Source: Myxococcota bacterium
GTDB lineage: Bacteria > Myxococcota_A > UBA796 > GCA-2862545
Reading direction: 5' to 3'
DNA length: 64,000 nucleotides
NCBI GenBank assembly: GCA_039208735.1
Contig: JBCCQY010000013.1
Location: 27,889 to 91,888, forward strand
Below the pieces are notes generated by a model that saw only the letters and a list, made by a program, of their open reading frames with translations, was not told where the DNA came from and ran no database searches. Position numbers and translations under genes: made by a program. Shown here piece after piece: positions 59,674 through 64,000 of this stretch (position 1 is the first letter of the stretch; each line of letters starts with the position of its first letter).

Positions 59674-60678
59674 ATGGGTAGGCTGCGCGCCGCCATTACG
59701 GGGGTTGGGGGATGGGTTCCTGAGAAGGTGCTCAGCAACCAAGACCTCGAGAAGATGGTCGACACGAACGACGAATGGATCGTGAGCCGAACGGGCATCC
59801 GTGAACGGCGGATTCTCGAGGGTGAAGACCAAGGGGTTTCGGTCATCGGCATTCATGCGATGCGGGAGTTGCTGGCCAAGACGGGCACCGATCCGATGGA
59901 CATCGACCTCGTGATCTTCGCGACCGTCACCAAAGACTTCGTGTTTCCGGCGACCGCCAACCTCATCTCCGATGCGGTCGGGGCGAAGAACGCGTTTGGC
60001 TTCGACGTTGAGGCGGCCTGTTCGGGGTTCCTCTACGCGCTTGCCTCGGGTGCTCAGTTCATCGAGAGCGGTCGCTACAAGAAGGTCGTGGTCATCGGAG
60101 CCGACAAGATGTCGGCCATTCTCGACTACGAAGACCGCGCCACCTGCATCATCTTTGGCGATGGTGGAGGAGCGGTGTTGCTCGAGCCCACCGAAGACGA
60201 TGTGGGAGTCGGCGATTTCGTGATGCGGTCGGATGGTGACGGTGCCCGTTTTCTCAACATGCCGGCCGGAGGCAGCCGCAGACCTGCCTCCCATGCCACG
60301 GTCGACGCCCGCGAACACTACGTGAAGCAGGAAGGCAAAACCGTCTTCAAGTTCGCGGTCAAGAACATGGCCGACATCAGTGTGCAGCTGTTGCAGCGCA
60401 ACAACCTCACCGCCAACGACGTCACGTGGCTTGTGCCGCACCAAGCCAACAAGCGCATCATCGACGGCACGGCGCAGCGGCTCGAGATTCCGCCCGAGCG
60501 CGTGATGTTGAACATCGATCGCTACGGCAACACCACCAGCGGTACGTTGCCCCTGTGCTTGTGGGACTATGAATCCCAGCTTCGTCGAGGCGACAAGCTC
60601 GTCCTCGCGGCCTTTGGGGGTGGCTTCACCTGGGGCGCCATGGTGGTCGACTGGGCCTACGACGGCAGCGAACGCTGA
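59674..60678 (+). CDS. fabH: Beta-ketoacyl-ACP synthase III
   Basis: 'DTNDEWI..RTGIRERR', 'AACSGF', 'FGDG', 'VPHQAN', 'YGNT', 'FGGGFTWG'. Confidence 0.92.
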   Translation: MGRLRAAITGVGGWVPEKVLSNQDLEKMVDTNDEWIVSRTGIRERRILEGEDQGVSVIGIHAMRELLAKTGTDPMDIDLVIFATVTKDFVFPATANLISDAVGAKNAFGFDVEAACSGFLYALASGAQFIESGRYKKVVVIGADKMSAILDYEDRATCIIFGDGGGAVLLEPTEDDVGVGDFVMRSDGDGARFLNMPAGGSRRPASHATVDAREHYVKQEGKTVFKFAVKNMADISVQLLQRNNLTANDVTWLVPHQANKRIIDGTAQRLEIPPERVMLNIDRYGNTTSGTLPLCLWDYESQLRRGDKLVLAAFGGGFTWGAMVVDWAYDGSER

Positions 60679-60679
60679 T

Positions 60680-61816
60680 TTACTCGGTATATAGCCAGTA
60701 CATCTGCGCCACGAAGTAGCCGCTCGACATCGCGATGAACCCGGTCAACGCGAGTCCCAAGCCGAGCACCGCAACCAGGCGAAGGGTTCGGGTGATCGTC
60801 GTGGGTGGCGGGGGGGCCATCGGCAGGCGGGGCCCGGACCGCATCACGGAACCGCTCTGCGAAAGGGCGGCGAGCGAGGTGGGCTCGATGGCCGAGAGCA
60901 CCATGGCATCGGTGAGCTCGCCCTGAAGTACTCGTTCGATGAGTTGCAGTTGATGGGCAACCGTGGCGACGGTGTCAGGGCGGCGATTTCGGTCCTTCTC
61001 GAGGAGTAAACTGACGAGTCTCTGTAGGCTGCGAGGCACGTCCGTCAGGGTGGGAAACTTGCGCGGAGCGTCCTTGACGTGCGCAATAAGGACGTTCGCG
61101 ATGCTGGTCTGCTCGAAGGGGTACTCCCCCGTGAGGCCGCGATAGAGAAGCACGCCGAGCGCATACAGATCAGAGCGGGGATCGATGTCGGACCGGCCGC
61201 GGACTTGTTCGGGCGACATGAACATGGGGGTGCCCACCAGAAGGCCGCGTGCGGTGAGCTGTTCGCTGTCGTTGAAGGGCTTGACGAGTCCAAAGTCCAC
61301 CACTTTGGCTCGATCCGATCCATCCTCAGCGGTCTCGACCAAGATGTTCGCCGGCTTAAGGTCGCGATGGATGAGTCCAAGTTCATGGGCTTCTTGAAGC
61401 GAGCCGCACACTTGCCCCACGATGCGGATGAGACGCAGCGGATCCATGGGGCGGTCGCCCATGAGGGTGGCCAGGGATTGGCCTCGGCACAGCTCCATGG
61501 CAAGCCAGGAGTGCTCTTCGAACGTGCCGTAGTCGAAGATGCGCACCGTGTTTGGGTGCGAAAGCTGTGACAACAGCGAGGCTTCTCGGAGAAATCTAGC
61601 TTTAGCTAGGGACTGCATCTGTGAACTGGCGTCGACGAGGTCGAGGACCTTGACGGCTACGGTGCGTCCGAGGGGCTGCTGCACCGCGGAATACACCGAC
61701 CCAGTTGAACCCTGGCCGATTCGGGCGGTCAATCGGTACTTGCCGCCCAATACGCGACCTGGCCAAACGTCGTCGTTGGGCCGGGGCCGGTCCGGGCCGG
61801 GGCGTTCGGTACTCAC
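60680..61816 (-). CDS. Eukaryotic-like Ser/Thr protein kinase with a C-terminal TM
   Basis: 'GQGSTGSVY', 'VAVK', 'HRDLKPAN', 'DFG', 'GTPMFMSPEQ'; GTG start overlaps the upstream stop. Confidence 0.93.
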   Translation of the reverse strand: MSTERPGPDRPRPNDDVWPGRVLGGKYRLTARIGQGSTGSVYSAVQQPLGRTVAVKVLDLVDASSQMQSLAKARFLREASLLSQLSHPNTVRIFDYGTFEEHSWLAMELCRGQSLATLMGDRPMDPLRLIRIVGQVCGSLQEAHELGLIHRDLKPANILVETAEDGSDRAKVVDFGLVKPFNDSEQLTARGLLVGTPMFMSPEQVRGRSDIDPRSDLYALGVLLYRGLTGEYPFEQTSIANVLIAHVKDAPRKFPTLTDVPRSLQRLVSLLLEKDRNRRPDTVATVAHQLQLIERVLQGELTDAMVLSAIEPTSLAALSQSGSVMRSGPRLPMAPPPPTTITRTLRLVAVLGLGLALTGFIAMSSGYFVAQMYWLYTE

Positions 61817-62280
61817 TCGGCCCACGGGTCGATCAGGTCATCCGTCTCGACGTCGAGCGCATCGGGCTCGGGGGCTGGAGGAGGCTTGGGCGTGGGCTTC
61901 GACACCGATGGAGGCGGAGGCTTGGGCTCTGGGGCGGGTTGTGGCTCGGGCTCGGGTTCCACCGGCTCAGCCTCGCGGTTCGGCTCCGGCTCCGGTGGCG
62001 TGGCTGCCCCTGCAGGCTCTGGATCGAGGGGCTCTGGTTCGTCCACGACCACCGGCGCGATGGGGGCGAGCCCGTCTGGGTCCGCCTGGGACCGCACCAT
62101 GAGTTCACGGCTGCCCATCAGCGCGCCAAGGAATCCACAAACCACGAAGACTGAGCCAAACAGACCCCCCACCCCGACCCAAGTGAGGAACCCTGACGTG
62201 CGATTCGGCACGCTACGGTCGAACTCTTCTTCGAGCATACGTCGTGCAATGCTGGCACTTTCGAACGTGCGGTCGGCCAT
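61813..62280 (-). CDS. Hypothetical single-TM protein with a Pro/Glu-rich tail
   Basis: One TM, PE/PK repeats, C-terminal 'LIDPW'; tightly coupled to both neighbours. Confidence 0.6.
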   Translation of the reverse strand: MADRTFESASIARRMLEEEFDRSVPNRTSGFLTWVGVGGLFGSVFVVCGFLGALMGSRELMVRSQADPDGLAPIAPVVVDEPEPLDPEPAGAATPPEPEPNREAEPVEPEPEPQPAPEPKPPPPSVSKPTPKPPPAPEPDALDVETDDLIDPWAE

Positions 62281-62281
62281 T

Positions 62282-63721
62282 TCAGTTCTCCGGGAAGGCA
62301 GTCCAGCCGTCCCACCAAGCGACCTCGCTGCCGGGCCGAATGGCTCCTGCGAACGTGGCGGCACTGTCGAAGAACTCACCGGTGGGCGGTGTGCCTCCTA
62401 CTTTACCGGCAACCGAGCCGGGTGCGGGAATCCATAGCGGTGTGGGGTTGGTGATCCAGGCACCGGCTGCGTCGGGTTCCGGAAGGGCTGGATCCGCGTT
62501 GAACGAATTGGCAAGCTCGACGGTTTGCAGCCATGCATTTTCGTCAAACCCGCCATCGTCGTCCTCGTCGCCCCCGACCTCCCCATCGTCGCGCGCCCAG
62601 GACATGCCGTCGGCACCGACGGCGTAGAAGACGGAGTTCCGCAGGGTGAGCTGGGCCCCGTCCGGCGCGTAGGGGTCGAGCCAGGCGGACGTCTGGGGGT
62701 CCTTGAGGTTTACGCCATGGCCCGTCTGGCGAGCGATCAACAGGTTCACGAGGTTGGCGGCGGTCCCTTCTTTTAGCTCCATCGCGTTTTGCGCCGTCGC
62801 TTTTTGGTCGCCTGAGCCAAGAATCGTGACGTTCGAAATGACCGGGTAGGAGAACGGAGCCGCGACGTCGTCGAGACCATCCTTCGGATCGACATCGACC
62901 TTGGCGATAATTGCGCCATCGCCTTCGAAGCCCTCATCGCCAATCTTCTCGATTTCGGGGTCGTTGGGGTTTGGGTACTGCTGAATAACGCCGTATTGCA
63001 CCCGGCCATCCCAGCCTTCATCCCAATCGAGCGAATCGTCACCGGCGCCGCTTACCACGATGAACTTGAGGTCGACCGAGCCGCCAAACAGCTCGATGCC
63101 GTCGTCGAGGCCCCGGTGCACCTGCACGTAGCGAATGAAGGTGTTGACGCCACACCCACCGAGCGTCAGCCCGTTTAGCTCGTTGCCGTCGTAACCATCG
63201 GTGAGTTCAAACCCGGCAAATTCAATTCGTACGTACTCGAGGGCTCCGCAGTTGTCGAAGGGATCGTCGCCTCCGTACTGGGCCCGCAGCTCCTCTCCGG
63301 CGATGCCTTCGATTTGCTGGGTCGGGCCCTTGTTGAGTTCGTCGTTGCCGAGCAACACGACGCCGCCCCAATCTCCGGTCTTGCGGCTACCGACGGGTTG
63401 CGCTGACGAAAACACGATGGGGTTGTCAGGCTCGCCTCGGGCCACGATTTGGGCGTCTCGCGACACGATGAGCGCAGAACCGATTTCTCCCAACACCTGC
63501 GTGCCGGGTTCCACGGTAAGAACCGTCGTGCCCTCGACATAAACGATGGTGTCTTGCGCCAATACGTAGACGTTGTCGGCGGTCCACGTGGTGTCTTCGA
63601 CCACGGACGCGGTGATGCGTACCTCAGGCAGAGGCACCTCGGTGGGACCACTGGGGGCTTCGTAGGGGCCAAGACACCCTGTGGCGACCCACGACAGCAC
63701 GACGACGGCGAAGCGGTTCAA
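62282..63721 (-). CDS. Lipoprotein with a probable parallel beta-helix fold
   Basis: TTG start follows GGAGG; lipobox 'VATGC'; 'PIVFSS', 'WGGVVLLG', 'YVRIEFAG', 'DDGIELFGG', 'DDSLDWDEGW'. Confidence 0.75.
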   Translation of the reverse strand: MNRFAVVVLSWVATGCLGPYEAPSGPTEVPLPEVRITASVVEDTTWTADNVYVLAQDTIVYVEGTTVLTVEPGTQVLGEIGSALIVSRDAQIVARGEPDNPIVFSSAQPVGSRKTGDWGGVVLLGNDELNKGPTQQIEGIAGEELRAQYGGDDPFDNCGALEYVRIEFAGFELTDGYDGNELNGLTLGGCGVNTFIRYVQVHRGLDDGIELFGGSVDLKFIVVSGAGDDSLDWDEGWDGRVQYGVIQQYPNPNDPEIEKIGDEGFEGDGAIIAKVDVDPKDGLDDVAAPFSYPVISNVTILGSGDQKATAQNAMELKEGTAANLVNLLIARQTGHGVNLKDPQTSAWLDPYAPDGAQLTLRNSVFYAVGADGMSWARDDGEVGGDEDDDGGFDENAWLQTVELANSFNADPALPEPDAAGAWITNPTPLWIPAPGSVAGKVGGTPPTGEFFDSAATFAGAIRPGSEVAWWDGWTAFPEN

Positions 63722-63729
63722 GGGGCCTC

Positions 63730-63908
63730 CTAGAACGTGAGGCGCAGCGTGGCGCCAGTGGGGTTGGCCGTGAGCGCGACATTGCGCTTCTGAGGAAGGG
63801 CGAAGCCAAGCAGCGCGAGTCCACCCCCGATGGAGGCGATGGGGACGCTGAGGTTGTTGATGGTGCGGTTGGTGCGGTATCCACCGGCGTCTGAAGCCAT
63901 CTGACGAT
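63730..63908 (-). pseudogene. 3' fragment of a membrane protein gene truncated at the inversion junction
   Basis: Frame reads 'YRTNRTINNLSVPIASIGGGLALLGFALP...GATLRLTF*'; upstream it runs into a TGA created by the inverted copy. Confidence 0.5.
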
Positions 63909-64000
63909 CTCAGCGTCCCCATCGCCTCCATCGGGGGTGGACTCGCGCTGCTTGGCTTCGCCCTTCCTCAGAAGCGCAATGTCGCGCTCACGGCCAACCC
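63761..64000. repeat. Perfect inverted repeat, arms 63761-63852 and 63909-64000 (at least 92 bp, may extend past the window), 56-bp spacer
   Basis: Base-by-base reverse-complement match. Confidence 0.95.

Noticed and set aside
59674..60678. Calling this gene oleA because it follows oleBCD
   Set aside because: Its motifs are those of canonical FabH
1..64000. rRNA, tRNA, transposases, integrases and a pfaE PPTase
   Set aside because: None was recognisable in the sequence or the ORF track

Overview
GC-rich bacterial chromosome segment with several Myxococcota-like hallmarks: a MYXO-CTERM-like tail on an S1 protease, an AgmX/PglI-like domain, a TIGR02147-like gene, a eukaryotic-type Ser/Thr kinase and a myxobacterial-type Pfa3 with a fused acyltransferase. 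The first ~19 kb are mixed housekeeping and accessory genes (GPH transporter, thiG/tenI-like, an HTTM pair, an ILVBL/HACL2-like TPP enzyme, nth, patatin, yaiI, deaD). Two divergent flagellar blocks (fliJ-motE-fliK-flgD-TIGR02530-flgE and flhA-fliA-flgFG-flgA-flgH) are separated by a MarR gene and a hybrid sensor kinase. fliJ, flhA and fliA are each preceded by the same sigma28-like motif, TCAAG-N14-ACCGA. A small accessory patch follows (ECF-like sigma, TIGR02147 interrupted by an in-frame TAA, a 2TM+CARF-like protein, a PilZ brake-like protein). The main system is a ~21 kb lipid locus: a three-gene PUFA synthase (pfa1-pfa2-pfa3 with 4 ACPs, no AT in Pfa3 and a C-terminal AGPAT) transcribed divergently from oleB-oleC-oleD and a canonical FabH, with no oleA in the window. 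The window ends in a perfect inverted duplication of at least 92 bp that truncates a gene and is probably a chimera or assembly artefact. All family calls come from motif recognition by eye; no database searches were run.
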